Assembly: GCA_951406725.2 (NCBI GenBank)
Contig: OX597823.1
Coordinates: 18,228,001 to 18,292,000 of the forward strand
DNA: 64,000 nt
Source: Octopus vulgaris
Lineage: Eukaryota
Reading direction: 5' to 3'
Below, piece after piece: positions 13,236 to 26,174 of the stretch (position 1 is the first letter of the stretch; the number at the start of each line of letters is the position of its first letter). Below the pieces are notes generated by a model that saw nothing but the letters and a program-made list of their open reading frames with translations, made no database searches and was not told the DNA's origin. The position numbers and the translations under genes are program-made.

Positions 13236-13617
13236 CTAGCAGTATCGCCCGGCGTTGCTCAGGTTTGTAAGGGAAATAACTATAAAGCATTTTTAGAGAG
13301 TTATAGCCAAAAAATAGCAAAAAAATGGAAAAAAATTATGGTAAATTTTTTTCTGAGAGTTAAAAAAGGATGGAGTTGCGTCCCCTAGACAGTTTGTGGT
13401 TCGTGTTTCTGATTTTCGACCCCATGTCGAATTTATCGATTTTTTTCAGAACTGGGGGAACTTTTCAAAGTTTTGGCGGCGTTAGTTTTGAATTATGACA
13501 TTGGGCTATGTGTGTGTCAAGTTTCATCAGAATCGGTTGAAAGCCGTGGTCAGGGTGAGGGTACAAGCAAACAGACACACAGAAACACGCACAAACAAAC
13601 TGCCGTTTATATCTAGA
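13236..13617 (-). mobile_element. Helitron-type element sharing the 3' end of 5635/9910 but with a different 5' body
   Basis: Same ~110-bp CTAG end; distinct 5' part beginning TCTAGATATAAACGG. Confidence 0.75.
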
Positions 13618-13650
13618 TATATATATATATACATATATATACATATACAT

Positions 13651-13902
13651 TCTTTTATTCTTCTACTTGTTTCAGTTATTTAACTGCGGCCATGTTGGAG
13701 CACTGCCTTGAAAGATTTTAGACTTATTTTTTAAGCCTAGTACTTCTTGTGTCAGTTATTTTTGCCGAACCGCCAAGTTACGGTAATCACAGCAATACGG
13801 GTTGACAAGCGGTGATGGACACATACACACACACACACACATATATAAATAAATAAATATATATACGGCGGGCTTCATTCAATTTCCGTCTAACAAATAC
13901 AC
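13651..13902 (-). mobile_element. SINE family B, diverged 3' part
   Basis: Homology to family B tail and body. Confidence 0.75.
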
Positions 13903-13910
13903 TTTGAAAT

Positions 13911-13961
<51 letters not shown>

Positions 13962-14221
13962 CATACATTTGTACCCGCAACATCACATCCGAAAAATTTA
14001 CTAGTTTCAACACATGATTGCATAAATGAAGAATATGTAAAAATGATACTAAAATTTACCTCCAACTCACTCCCCAGTTCCCACTCAATAACCTGTCGTT
14101 CTCATATATAATAATGTATATTAAATCCAAATAACTTCAGGCAAATTTCCTGCCAACCCATTTACGCTTTCGGTACATAATATTTCCTGATCGCATACTT
14201 TTACTTTATGCCAAAACTTAC

Positions 14222-14246
14222 CAATTCATTGCAAGACATCTGGTCC
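14222..14246 (-). other. Candidate 25-nt microexon (possible start-codon exon, MSCNEL)
   Basis: ctctgttcttttcag|GGACCAGATGTCTTGCAATGAATTG|gtaagt within ~800 bp of repeat-free DNA. Confidence 0.45.
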
Positions 14247-14919
14247 CTGAAAAGAACAGAGTTTTCTTTTCTCTTTCTTTTTTTTTCTTTTTTTTTTTTT
14301 GTATTCGTTTTCTATTTTGTTCCCCTTCCCTAATACAAACGATCTATCTATTTCATCATCAAGTGACATATTGAACTAGCTTCTCTGTAAACCAAAACCA
14401 GCCTCAAAATGAAGGCGACTACCCATCAAACACCCGTCTGGTTCACTGCTGAGTTCCCTGCAGTCTTCGCTAAAAACGTTCCCACGATTTCAGCTGACAC
14501 TAGATATCGGTGTAAATTTCTCTCTTGTGTTATTTTGCGACAGACTTTGCCTACTTTGGCTTGCGTAACATTAAACATTATTTCCATTCCGATATGAAAC
14601 TCTTTCAGCTTTTCTCGCAAAATGTCTTGAAACCAAGTTCTTTCAAATGAAAGAGGCTACACTCACTGAAATAATAAATAGACTGTTATATAATATGATA
14701 GAGACGAGCGTTACTTCCGGTCTGTCTTCCATTTTCTCCATCTACTTCAATTCGGATGTGTACACGTACATGTGGCGTTTCTACGTATATTATGTGTTCG
14801 TGCATGCATGCGCCCTCGAGCGTGTATGTATGTGCGTGTGTTTTCTACCTATATCTTTTAATGCATTTATACATAAATATACATATATGTGTGAATATAT
14901 GTATGAGTATACATATGTA

Positions 14920-14961
<42 letters not shown>

Positions 14962-15200
14962 CATTGAAAGAGCACCTCCTTGAAGACATTTTCGTCGGAT
15001 ATATGGACCCCAATATATGCCTGGTACTTATTATATAGCTCTCTTTTGCTGAAACGTAAACACACCAACACCGGTTGTCAAGCGGTAATGGTAATATGCA
15101 ACAATATATAATGTAATAAATGTGAATGTCAGTGTGTCACACTCTTTCAGCTTTATTCCTAGAGGTCGTAGCTCAGCATATTATACCATTTTGGAATCAA

Positions 15201-15495
15201 GCTAACTCCTTGGGTAAATTTAAAACATTCCGGGCCGATTCCGGACCCACAATCCTGAAATTTTGGATTCCCAAGTTTTCATTACAGTGATTGTTTACGG
15301 CGATCTTTTTACGTGACTTTTTGCGACAAACTTTTTATACGATAGCAATTTCTATATACTCTAAAGGCTAACTCTGTGAGTAAAATAAGAACATTCTGGG
15401 CTGAATCCGGACCCACAATCCTGAAATTTGGGATTCCCAAGTTTTCCTTACTGCGATTGTTTTCGACGATATTTTTTTATATGATTTGTTGCGAC
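15201..15495. repeat. Diverged tandem duplication, period 166 bp
   Basis: 15201-15327 resembles 15367-15495 (shared CCGGACCCACAATCCTGAAATTT). Confidence 0.85.
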
Positions 15496-15671
15496 GATTA
15501 TGATCATTATTGGGATATGACTCTGGAGGAAGCAATTGCAAAAAATTCTCCAAAACAAGTCAGAGATCTGTCTGCAGATCTTCCCGCGCGGGTCAGTTGC
15601 CTAAAAGCTATATACTAGCTTAAAAGCCATCCGATTATAATTATGCTTATAATTATAGAATTTTTGTATAT

Positions 15672-16040
<369 letters not shown>

Positions 16041-16046
16041 TAAACG

Positions 16047-16205
16047 AAGGCTTCTTTCTGTTTCCTCTACCAAATCCACTCACAAAGATTTGGTTTACCC
16101 GATGCTACAGCCTCGGATTGAAGACACTTGCACAAGGTACTACACAGTGGGACTGAAACCGAAACCATGTGGTTTGGAATGAAACTTCTTACCACACAGC
16201 CATAC
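16047..16205 (-). mobile_element. SINE family B 5' part
   Basis: Homology to the family B head. Confidence 0.75.
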
Positions 16206-16236
16206 ATTTATACACATGTATGTGTGTATGTGTGCT

Positions 16237-16275
<39 letters not shown>

Positions 16276-16479
16276 GTGCATACACACAAACATACGAAAT
16301 TGTGTATATTTTTATTAAAATTCTACAGGTAATGTCTACACAAATATGTGTGTGTGTGTAAATATGTGTTCTTTACTGAGTTTGCATATGTAGATATATA
16401 GGTCATCTGGTTCGATCTCGCATTCGTATGTGGATTTGTTTGGTATGTTCCCAGATTGAACTCTCGGGATTTTACTGAT

Positions 16480-16514
<35 letters not shown>

Positions 16515-16980
16515 TTCCATGATGTGAGAAAGAACTTTTGATATATCACCGTGGATGGGAATATATGTGTTTTACCACCAAGAAATCGATGATCAATTAC
16601 TGGCACTGCGAATAGGTATGACCATAAGATTGTACCACCTCACGTCTCCCCTATGGAACTGACTTTGAAAGGTTCGAAAAGTTGTTGTTGGCAAAGAATA
16701 AAGAACGAGAAACCTATGGTACGGCCACAGCTGCGTGCTTTAATGAATGGCAAAAACAGGAGCAATATATCTGATAATCCGGATTGATGAGGTTTATCAG
16801 CAGTGTCACTAGCATACAAAAGCCAAATAATCGCGGACCGACAATAATTACGGACCAGTAATTAAGGCGTTCCACGTTGAAATTGGAAGGCGATAAGAAC
16901 CTTGACTATATCTGCTCAGTACCCTAAAATGATGTCAAAATGGATATTCAGATTAGACAAAGCTGAGACAGTAACTATAC

Positions 16981-17148
16981 GCGCAGGAGTGGCTGTGTGG
17001 TAAGTAGCTTGTTTACCAACCACATGGTTCCGGGTTCAGTCCCACTGCGGGGCACCTTGGGCAAGTGTCTTCTACTATAGCCTCGGGCCGACCAATACTT
17101 TGTGAGTGGATTTGGTAGACAGAAACTGAAAGAAGCATGTCGCATATA

Positions 17149-17179
<31 letters not shown>

Positions 17180-17375
17180 TTGTCCCCCTAGCATTGCTTG
17201 ACAACCGATGCTGGTGCGTTTACGTCCCCGTCACTTAGCGGTTCGGCAAAAGAGACCGATAGAATAAGTACTGGGCTTACAAAGAATAAGTCCCGGGGTC
17301 GATTTGCTCGACTAAAGGCGGTGCTCCAGCATGGCCGCAGTCAAATGACTGAAACAAGTAAAAGAGTAAAAGAGT
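16981..17375 (+). mobile_element. SINE family B, full length
   Basis: GGAGTGGCTGTGTGGTAAG head, GGTTCAGTCCC B box, CORE-like motif, internal (TG)n, (GTAAAAGA)n tail. Confidence 0.92.
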
Positions 17376-19664
17376 ATCCGTGATTTGGCGCGGAAAGTTC
17401 AAAATGTGATGTAATCAACGTAGTCTTTTGGGGTGGATTATTATGACCGCTTCAAATGCTGCGAATACCATTAAAAAAGGCCGGGTGGAAGAGACGTGTG
17501 CTAGTAAATTATTTTATATTTACTAAAGAGAGAGGCTGTGTATAGTGATGTTGCAAAATGCCTTCCTCTTTAACATCATGATGAAGGAGTTAAAATTACC
17601 AAAAGCCAATTGCCGTATGATATCGTGTTGCTACAATAATTCTGACAGGAAGGAAATGAAGTGTGAGAAATTGATGAGATAGCGAAGTCCAACATAGAAA
17701 GGAAAGAAGTGGGGAATGTTGAGCGGTACACGCTGACAGGAATTGGGTATATGTGAAATAATTTGGGTTACCCGTCAGAATATCAAAGACAGGCAAGATA
17801 CAGTGAGCAGAGAAATTAGAATGGTTGAAGAGGAGTATATCTACAGAAATAGGGTTGGAAAGCCGCAGCAGAGGAAAAGCACGAGAGACAACTGAGCAAA
17901 AAAGCTGCTGTGGAGCATATTGTGGAAAATAAAGCATAAAGCCAGCCAGGTCGAGTTTCTCCTGAGCATGATGTATGATTTATTTCTATCGCCAACAATA
18001 TTGAACTGTTGGGTTGGAGTGAATCTTCTGATTGCCATCGTTAAATTTCCTTGCATCGTTGGTGGATATTTTGGCAACATTGCAAGTCATCTCTGCAGTG
18101 TATTACTGGTGGTATAAACAAGTCTAGACTATCTTTGCAGATGTACTAAAATATACTGGAGTATCACCGAGCCTCATAAGTGCGGGAACGAAATTTGCTT
18201 AGTGGGGGAAAATCCATGTCCAACTCAGGATGTTAAAGGCTTTTTTCATTGCCCCACAAAATTTTTAGGGGTTTCAAGCGAATCCCTGCACACTGTTCCC
18301 GGGCTTATGCACCGTGGCAATGAGATTCAGTAATATGTTGCACTCTATCGTTTTCCGCAAGGATGATAAGAAAAGGTAAGGCAAGGATGTAAAGAGGGCT
18401 GAGGCCCACATTTCTGAAATGTATAAATAACTGGAAGATGCAAGTGGGTTTGAAGAAAGCGCTAGTATTTCCAAGTTACCTTGCAATAACGAAGTAATGC
18501 TCTGATCTTATTGTAATGTTCGACTTGACCAAAGTAAATTCAGATTTTTGTTTTAGTTGATGGTGCCTTGAAATGACAATATGGAGTGGGACCTAAAATG
18601 TTAAGGACCTGGGAAATTGTGAGCAAACGAAGTACGATGGCTTTGTCTAATGAACTACTAGTTGTGATTGGATCTCATAGACTTGCAGCTAGATTCACAG
18701 TATCCTAAATGGCTGGCATCAGACTTTAGAAGGATGACACAAGAGTGGTTCGCGAACTTTAAGGAGTTGTGGGGGAGCAGAACAGCTTTCATCACAAATA
18801 CCACAGAGACATGTAAAAAAGAAAAAAACGAAAACGAAGCGAAGGACAAATATTTAGCCAATAGTAAAACAAAATATTTACTGAATGGCTGGAAAGGTTG
18901 CAGATGGCCCTGTTCAGTTTGGTGGTTGCACAGAAAATAAGAATTTAAACCAGACATTCCCTGGTAATAGTCATGCTGCTTGGCGCCGCCCTAAGTGATG
19001 CTGTCTGTTGTTGATACGTTTGCATTAGCTGTTGCAGCTATTGCAACTGTTGTTGTTGCTGATGTTGTTACAGTTGCTGCATTGCTGTTCATAACTTCAG
19101 TTTGTTTCCGTCACCCTAACTACCATCACCCATCGCCAGTCTTAACACGCCCATCACCCATAAACTCCATCGTCACTGCCGTTTCCACTGTCCGTTGCAA
19201 CCGCTACCCATCGCTACTAAAAACACTAGGACATGCAAGATGAAGTAGTTTTAAATACACTACCTGAGTAAAAGACGAGATGGTCGTGTCTGAAGCGCCT
19301 TTATCGCAGGTAATCTTGATATTTGCACTAAACGACATCAACAGCTATCAAGCTTTTAACATCACCACCAACAACAACAACAACAACACCGTCACCATCA
19401 GTACTACCACCATCCACCCCCACCAACACCACCAACACTACCACCGCCAATCACCACTGCAACCATTACCACCACCGCAGCCACCACTCCCAACATCACC
19501 ACTACTACCTTCGCCATCATACCATCAACATCACCACCATCAGTACCATACCACCACCGCTACCATCAATACCATACCATCGCCTTCACTTCTTAGCCGC
19601 TATCACCACCTCTATTACTATCGCGAAACTCCTACCCACTCACTAACAACACCAATGCCAAAAC

Positions 19665-20486
19665 CACCACCAACACTACTACTACTACTACAAACACGAC
19701 TACCACCTCAACCACCACTATAACCAGCACAACCAGCCACAACTACCACTACCATCACAACTACTACTACTACAAACACGACTACCACCACAACCACCAC
19801 CACTACTATAACCAGCACAGCCGGCCACCACTACCACCACCACCACAACTACTACTACTATTACAAACACGACTACCACCACAACCACCACCACAACCAC
19901 CACCACCACCACCAGCTCTACTATAACTAGCACAGTCAGCCACCACCACTACCACCACCACAACTACTACTACTACTACTGCTACTACTACTACTACTAC
20001 TACTACTACAAATACCACTACCACCACAACCACCACCACCACTATAACCAGCACAGCCGGCCACCACTACCACCACCACCACCACAACTACTACTACTAC
20101 AACAAGCACGACTACCACCACAACCACCACCAGCACTATAACCAGCACAGCCGGCCACCACTACCACCACCACCACAACTACTACTACTACAAGCACGAC
20201 TACCACCACAACCACCACCACCACTATAACCAGCACAGTCGGCCACCACTACCACCACCACCACTATAACCAGCACAGCCGGCCACCACTACCACCACCA
20301 CCACTATAACCAGCACAGCCGGCCACCACTACCACCACCACCACAACTACTACTACTACTACAAACACGACTACCACCACAACCACCACCACCACCACTA
20401 CTATAACTAGCACAGTCAGCCACCACCACTACCACCACCACAACTACTACTACTACTGCTACTACAAACACCACTACCACCACCAT
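19665..20486. repeat. Compound minisatellite, ~9 units anchored on TATAAC[C/T]AGCACA with variable (ACC)/(ACT) tracts
   Basis: Anchors near 19719, 19806, 19922, 20043, 20136, 20225, 20265, 20305, 20402. Confidence 0.9.
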
Positions 20487-21324
20487 CGAATTCTCACGCT
20501 GTGAAAGTCTCCAGTTCTTGTTAAATTGCTTGCTTGCATATTTCCCTTTTTACTCTATATTTTTTTCTTGTTATTTTATCATTTGGATATAAGGGGTGTG
20601 GTGTAGGGAGTTAGCTTCGTATGTAATCCTTTAAGGTCTAATATAGGGTCTTCCCTCCCCCTTTCCTCTCAGAACACCACCACCAACACCACCACCACCA
20701 TTTCGCAACATTAATTTATCCACCCCCCTTCTCCTCCTCCTCATATCCATGTCAATGCCAACTCCTAACCAGGCACCCGGGTATAGCTTTCCATCGCCCT
20801 AATTTTTCCTCCCTTAAATACCCAACACCCTCATCACTTTCCTTCCTTCTCCCTTTCTTTCTCACTGCTCTTTTCTCTCTCTCTTTCTCTCTCTTTTTCC
20901 ATTCACTCTCCTTGACTCTGTCTCTCTCATGTATATATATACATATATACACACATATATATATATCTGAATCTAAATTTTTGCGATATATATGTGTCGG
21001 GCTCCCTTCTTTCTACCTGTCGCTTTCTGTGTCCCTCTCTCTCTATTACTTTCTCCCTCTCTTCCTCTCTATCTCTCTTTCTCTTTCTCTCTCTATCTAT
21101 CTATCTATCTTCCTTATATTAAAAGGACACCTCACCCCACACACGATATCCACATTCGACATAAACCAGGGCTCAGCAAAATTATATTCTAAAAGCTAAG
21201 CAACTTGTTACAACGTGACAGTGGTGATGGTGGGGTGGTAATAGCGGTGGTGGTGATGGTAATGGTGGTGGTGGTAGTAGTTGCGGCGAAGGTGGAAGTG
21301 GTGTTGGTGATGGTAGAGACAGCT

Positions 21325-21545
21325 GTTGCTGTTGTTGTTGTTGTTGTTGTTTAACCCCAGGCTTGTCCTGATGGAGAAAATCTACGATCAAAGATATTCC
21401 AATTGTGACCAACCCGTTCTTTTCTTATGTCCAAAGAACCCAAAACCCCAATTCTGCAACTCGGCCTTTTCCAAGGCGACAAGGTGTACTTCGAGAGAGA
21501 TTTTTTGCTGCGATTTCTAGCAAGTCCAACGACCGTGCAGAGCTC
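21325..21545 (-). mobile_element. Old retroposon 3' part with (AAC)n tail (family E)
   Basis: Similar to 50930-51135, 51920-52103 and 61440-61535 (CTAGAAA-AGCAGC-AAATC motif, CAA tail). Confidence 0.5.
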
Positions 21546-21823
21546 ACTTGTAGTGGTGGTGGTGGTAGTGGTGCTGGTGGTGGTAGTGGTGGTGATGGTG
21601 ATAGCGCTGATATTTTGCTGACGGTGGTTGTGTTGATGATGACTATGGTTACGGAGATGGCAGCGGTGGTGGTGGTGGTGGTGACGGTGACGGTGGTGGT
21701 GGTGGTGGTGGTGGTGGTGGAAGTGATAACATTCAGTATGGCCATAGTGGTGGTCATGTGATAAGGATAATGATATCAGTTTCGGTGATAATGATGATGA
21801 CACGGGCGATGGTAGTAGTAGTG

Positions 21824-21892
<69 letters not shown>

Positions 21893-22299
21893 ATGGAGTT
21901 AATGTTAGTGTGAATGGAATGATAGGGTTAATGATGCTGAAGATGGTGACAATGGTTGTGGTGGCAATAGTGGTGGTGGTGGTGGAGGTGGTAGTGGTGA
22001 TGGTGGTGGCAGTTGTGGTTGGGTTGTGGTGGTCGTGGTCGTGGTCGTGGTGGAAGGGATTATTTTTCGTCTTTTGTTGGTTAAAAAAAAAGGCGGGGTT
22101 TTTTTGCTGATGGTAGAACGGAGGCAGTTGTAGTGGTGGTAGTATACACCACAGTACCGTAGAGGTAGGGATAGTTACGGTGACGACGTAGGTGTGGTTG
22201 GGAGGTAGTGCTTGAAAACAGTGGTGAGAGTATAATTTCTTTTCTTCTGATATTGCCATGTATCAGTGTTACAATTTACGACCTCGTTGTTGTAGTAGC

Positions 22300-22371
<72 letters not shown>

Positions 22372-23014
22372 CGTTGTTGTTGGAAGTACTTTTATCTTTG
22401 GTTCTGGAATCTAAAATAATTGAAATATCTTTGTATTGGTTTCTGTCATATTTTACTCGTATCTGGGACGCCGGGTATCCAGTATCCAGCTTGTCATAAG
22501 CAAGTTTGTTGAATCAGTAATTTGTGGATAAACCGAACAAGTGCACTGGGTCACCGCTGCATACGTAGTCATAGTTAAGACAGCGCGGGGGGGGATCACC
22601 ATTGGGCGAAAATTTAGCCAGAGCTGGAGAACATTTGGACGCTATTGTGTAGCGGTACTTTTTGGTTACCTCAACCCCATTAAAATAATTGCCATTAAAA
22701 AATTGGGTTACCTCCCTTCTAAAAAATTGAGTTTGTGGCGACAAGAAATTGGATTAAGAGGGTTAGATCCTTTTGATTCATTACTTCAATACATTGTTGA
22801 CTTTTGGCCTCCTCGATAGACATGGTGTGATTTGTTATAAAAATGTTATTGGAGGTGTAAGGGTGGCTGCGTGGTAAGTAACTTACGAACCACATGGTTC
22901 CAGGTTCAGTCACACTGCGTGGCACCTTGGGCAAGTGTCTTCTACTATAGCCTCGGGTCGACCAAAGCCTTGTGAGTGGATTTGGTAGACGGAAACTGAA
23001 AGAAGCCCGTCGTA

Positions 23015-23097
<83 letters not shown>

Positions 23098-23124
23098 ACT
23101 GAAAGAAGCCCGTCGTATATATAT

Positions 23125-23709
23125 TCTTAATCTCAACCACCAATTCCACAATTTCCTTACACACACAAAAAACAAAAAACTCCACCACCTCCTCAACCCT
23201 TCACCTCCTTCCCCGCCCCCATCCCCTACATCCTCCCCTCCAGCTCACCCGACTCCCTCCAATCCCGCACGCACCACCCCTTCCCCCCTGCACCTTCCAC
23301 GGACCCACACACACCCCACCCTGACTTTCCTACGCCTACCCCATCTTCACCGAACCATTCCAACTCTCCTCCCCACACCTCTGCACTCCCTCTTCCTGAC
23401 CCCACTCATCCCACCACCTTGCTTCCTCGCACTGTTGTCACTATAGCCCCCAATCTCCCCCTCTCCGCTGCCGAGCGCTCTCTCCTCATTCAAAATGTGA
23501 CCGCGTGTGTACCGTTGGCGATTTTTTTTACTCTGTCTTCCCTTCTCTGGATCTTTCCTTCTCCTATGTTTCCGACGAAGAGCTCCGCTCGAAACGTTAA
23601 ACCCTCCTTATTTCCTTCTTTCCTTCTTTCCTGAGCGTCCAATAATACTATATTTGTTCCACGTCCTCGCGTTGTTGTGCTTTTTGTGCTTTCTTGTTTG
23701 GATTAACTT

Positions 23710-23712
<3 letters not shown>
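23125..23712 (+). mobile_element. Internally deleted Penelope-like element (ORF N-terminal piece plus terminal repeat with hammerhead fold)
   Basis: [10 protein letters not shown]...VVTIAPNLPLSAAERSLL resembles the Penelope ORF N-terminal motif; hammerhead fold 23568-23602. Confidence 0.65.
23568..23602 (+). ncRNA. Minimal type-I hammerhead-like ribozyme (U4C core variant)
   Basis: GTTT-CCGACGA-A-GAGC-TCC-GCTC-GAAA-CG-TT-AAAC; stems I and II perfect. Confidence 0.6.
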
Positions 23713-23772
<60 letters not shown>

Positions 23773-24307
23773 TTATAAATATGTATGTATATATGTATGT
23801 ATTATGTGTGTGTATGTTTGTGTGTCAATGTTTTCCCCTCCAACATCGTTTGACAACCGATGCTGGTGTGTTTACGTCCCCGTAACTTAGCGGTTCGGTA
23901 AAAGAGTAAAAGAGTAAAAAGAGATTGAATAAGATGTTTAATTTTTTCACTTTTCATGTTTATTAATTTATCTTTTTCTTTGTTTTATTGAGGGTTAAAC
24001 AATTTTTTAGTTGGGGGAGATAACCCAAGATTTTAATGGGGGTGAGATAACCTGTGTAGCTAGTTATAATTATGTAATTTGTATAATACTACGTACTTAA
24101 CCGTAACTATGACGCTGAGCCATCTTTGTGGAGATAGCTGTGGCAATGAAACAACGCCATCATTGTAGAGATAGCCGTAAGTACGATATGATACAAGGCC
24201 ACCATCGTAAGCGTAGTCGTAACAAGACAGACCTTAAATAGGTACTCATTCTAGGATGCGCTGACACAGCTATTTAACTCGTCATAACTAGAATGCTTGT
24301 ATTTCCT

Positions 24308-24710
24308 TCAAAAACCTGGACGTTATCAAAGAAGCTTGAGAGGCGGTTGGATGGAACCTACACTCGCCTCCTTATGAGAGCTCAAAATCTCTCGTGGAAG
24401 CGCCATCCAACCAAAATGCAATTATATGGGAAACTACCACCTGTGTCACCTCTTGTAAAGGGTAGGAGAGTCCAGTTTGCTGGACATTGTTGTAGAGCTT
24501 GAAACCGAGGCAATTTCTACTCTTCTCCTCTGGAAGCCATCTACTCGCGATACCAGAGGGCGCACACTCTCCTACCCTGATGTAATCTCCAGGGATACAG
24601 GCATCCAGCAACAGGACCTCCGTAATGCTCTGATGGACCGTGAAGTCTGGCGTAGCATGGTAAATTCCATTGTCTCGACCACTGTCGAACAATGATGATA
24701 ATGATGATGA
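24308..24710 (+). mobile_element. RTE-clade LINE 3' end
   Basis: TWTLSKKLERRLDGTYTRLLMRA...RRVQFAGHC...DREVWR followed by (TGA)n tail. Confidence 0.88.
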
Positions 24711-24736
24711 TTTCCTTCACAATGTATAATTTGACC

Positions 24737-25124
24737 ATGGTGGAGGCGCAATGGCCCAGTGGTTAGGGCAGCGGACTCGCGGTCATAGGATGGCGGTTTC
24801 GATTCCCAGACCGGGCGTTGTGAGTGTTTATTGAGCGAAAACACCTAAAGCTCCATGAGGCTCCGGCAGGGGATGGTGGTGATCCCTGCTGTACTCTTTC
24901 ACCACAACTTTCTCTCACTCTTACTTCCTGTTTCTGTTGTACCTGTATTTCAAAGGGCCGGCCTTGTCACTCTCTGTGTCACGCTGAATATCCCCGAGAA
25001 CTACGTTAAGGGTACACGTGTCTGTGGAGTGCTCAGCCACTTACACGTTAATTTCACGAGCAGGCTGTTCCGTTGATTCGGATCAACCGGAACCCTCGTC
25101 GTCGTAACCGACGGAGTGCTTCCA
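24737..25124 (+). mobile_element. SINE family A, full length
   Basis: 11-bp TSD ATAATTTGACC at 24726-24736 and 25125-25135. Confidence 0.93.
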
Positions 25125-25237
25125 ATAATTTGACCTGACTGATAAATAGTATTATCATTTTGTTTGTAGACGTAACTAATTATAACTTCAGATTGTCGTA
25201 AATGCTGTTGTGCATTGCTGGTAATTATTATAACAGT

Positions 25238-25920
25238 CCTGGGTAAGAATTTAGGCTACATCCGATAGTGGGGCCCTGCGCCGGGAGTTCCAGAGTTCTA
25301 AGGAGAGAGAAACCACTTCTCAGTCATTATTGTTCTTAAGTCTACTCGAATCTAGAGTAATAGCACCTGTCAAATTCCCAGTTATGGATTAATTAGCATA
25401 TCAGGGCTTGCTTACCTATGCAGGTGAAGACCAAATCCGGTGGACTCTGCAGAAGAAGCCTTCATGGCTCAACGCAGAGGAAGGCAGCTGCACCAAAGCA
25501 TTGTGGAGTTCAAAGAGCAAATTGAGGCATGTAAGACATCTTGATCTTCCAAGATCTCCAAGGTCTTCCAAGGTCTTCTCAAAATCTCTCGTGGAAGCGC
25601 CATCCAACCAAAATGCAAATATATTGGAAACTACCACCTGTGTCATCTCTTGTGAAAGGTAGGAGAGTCCAGTTTGCTGGACATTGTTGTAGAGCTGAAA
25701 AAGAGGTAATTTCTACTCTTCTCCTCTGGAAGCCATCTACTCGCAATGCCAGAGGGCGCACACTCTCCTACCCTGATGTAATCTCCAGGGATACAGGCAT
25801 CCAACAACAGGACCTCCGTAATGCTCTGATGGACCGTGAAGTCTGGCGTAGCATGGTAAATTCCATTGTCTCGACCACGGTCATTGTCTCGACCACGGTC
25901 GAACAATGATGATGATGATG
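25238..25920 (+). mobile_element. Internally deleted RTE-clade LINE (5' region joined to 3' end)
   Basis: 25578-25920 is near-identical to 24382-24710 and has a (TGA)n tail; 5' part resembles RTE 5' UTRs and the reverse copy at 45415-45570. Confidence 0.75.
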
Positions 25921-26174
25921 GTCTTCCACTGCATCCGTCTCCTTCCACAATCATCTTGACCACTTTAGAACAAAACACTTTAGAAGGACATTGCTTGTGT
26001 AGTTTACTTATGACTGGGTTGTAAATGCCACCGATAATGCAAGGACGTGTTTATGTTTCGAAAGAATTAAGTGTTACTTTTTATTACTAGACGACTGCAT
26101 GCATTTTTGTACATTGAAACACGGTAGCACACTCCTTCATTTGAATTTCAACATCAGCAACAGGGTATTTTTGT

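Larger units (their letters stand above)
22853..23922 (+). mobile_element. SINE family B split by a Penelope-like insertion in its internal (TA)n
   Basis: Head 22853-23122 (with a duplicated GAAACTGAAAGAAGCCCGTCG); 3' part resumes ~23810-23922. Confidence 0.8.

Noticed and set aside
19280-20486. Mucin-like or Pro/Thr-rich protein
   Set aside because: Units shift frame and introduce TAA stops; no splice signals
21351-22259. 302-aa ORF, the longest in the track
   Set aside because: Composed of (ACC)/(ACT) low-complexity tracts and an old repeat; no domain
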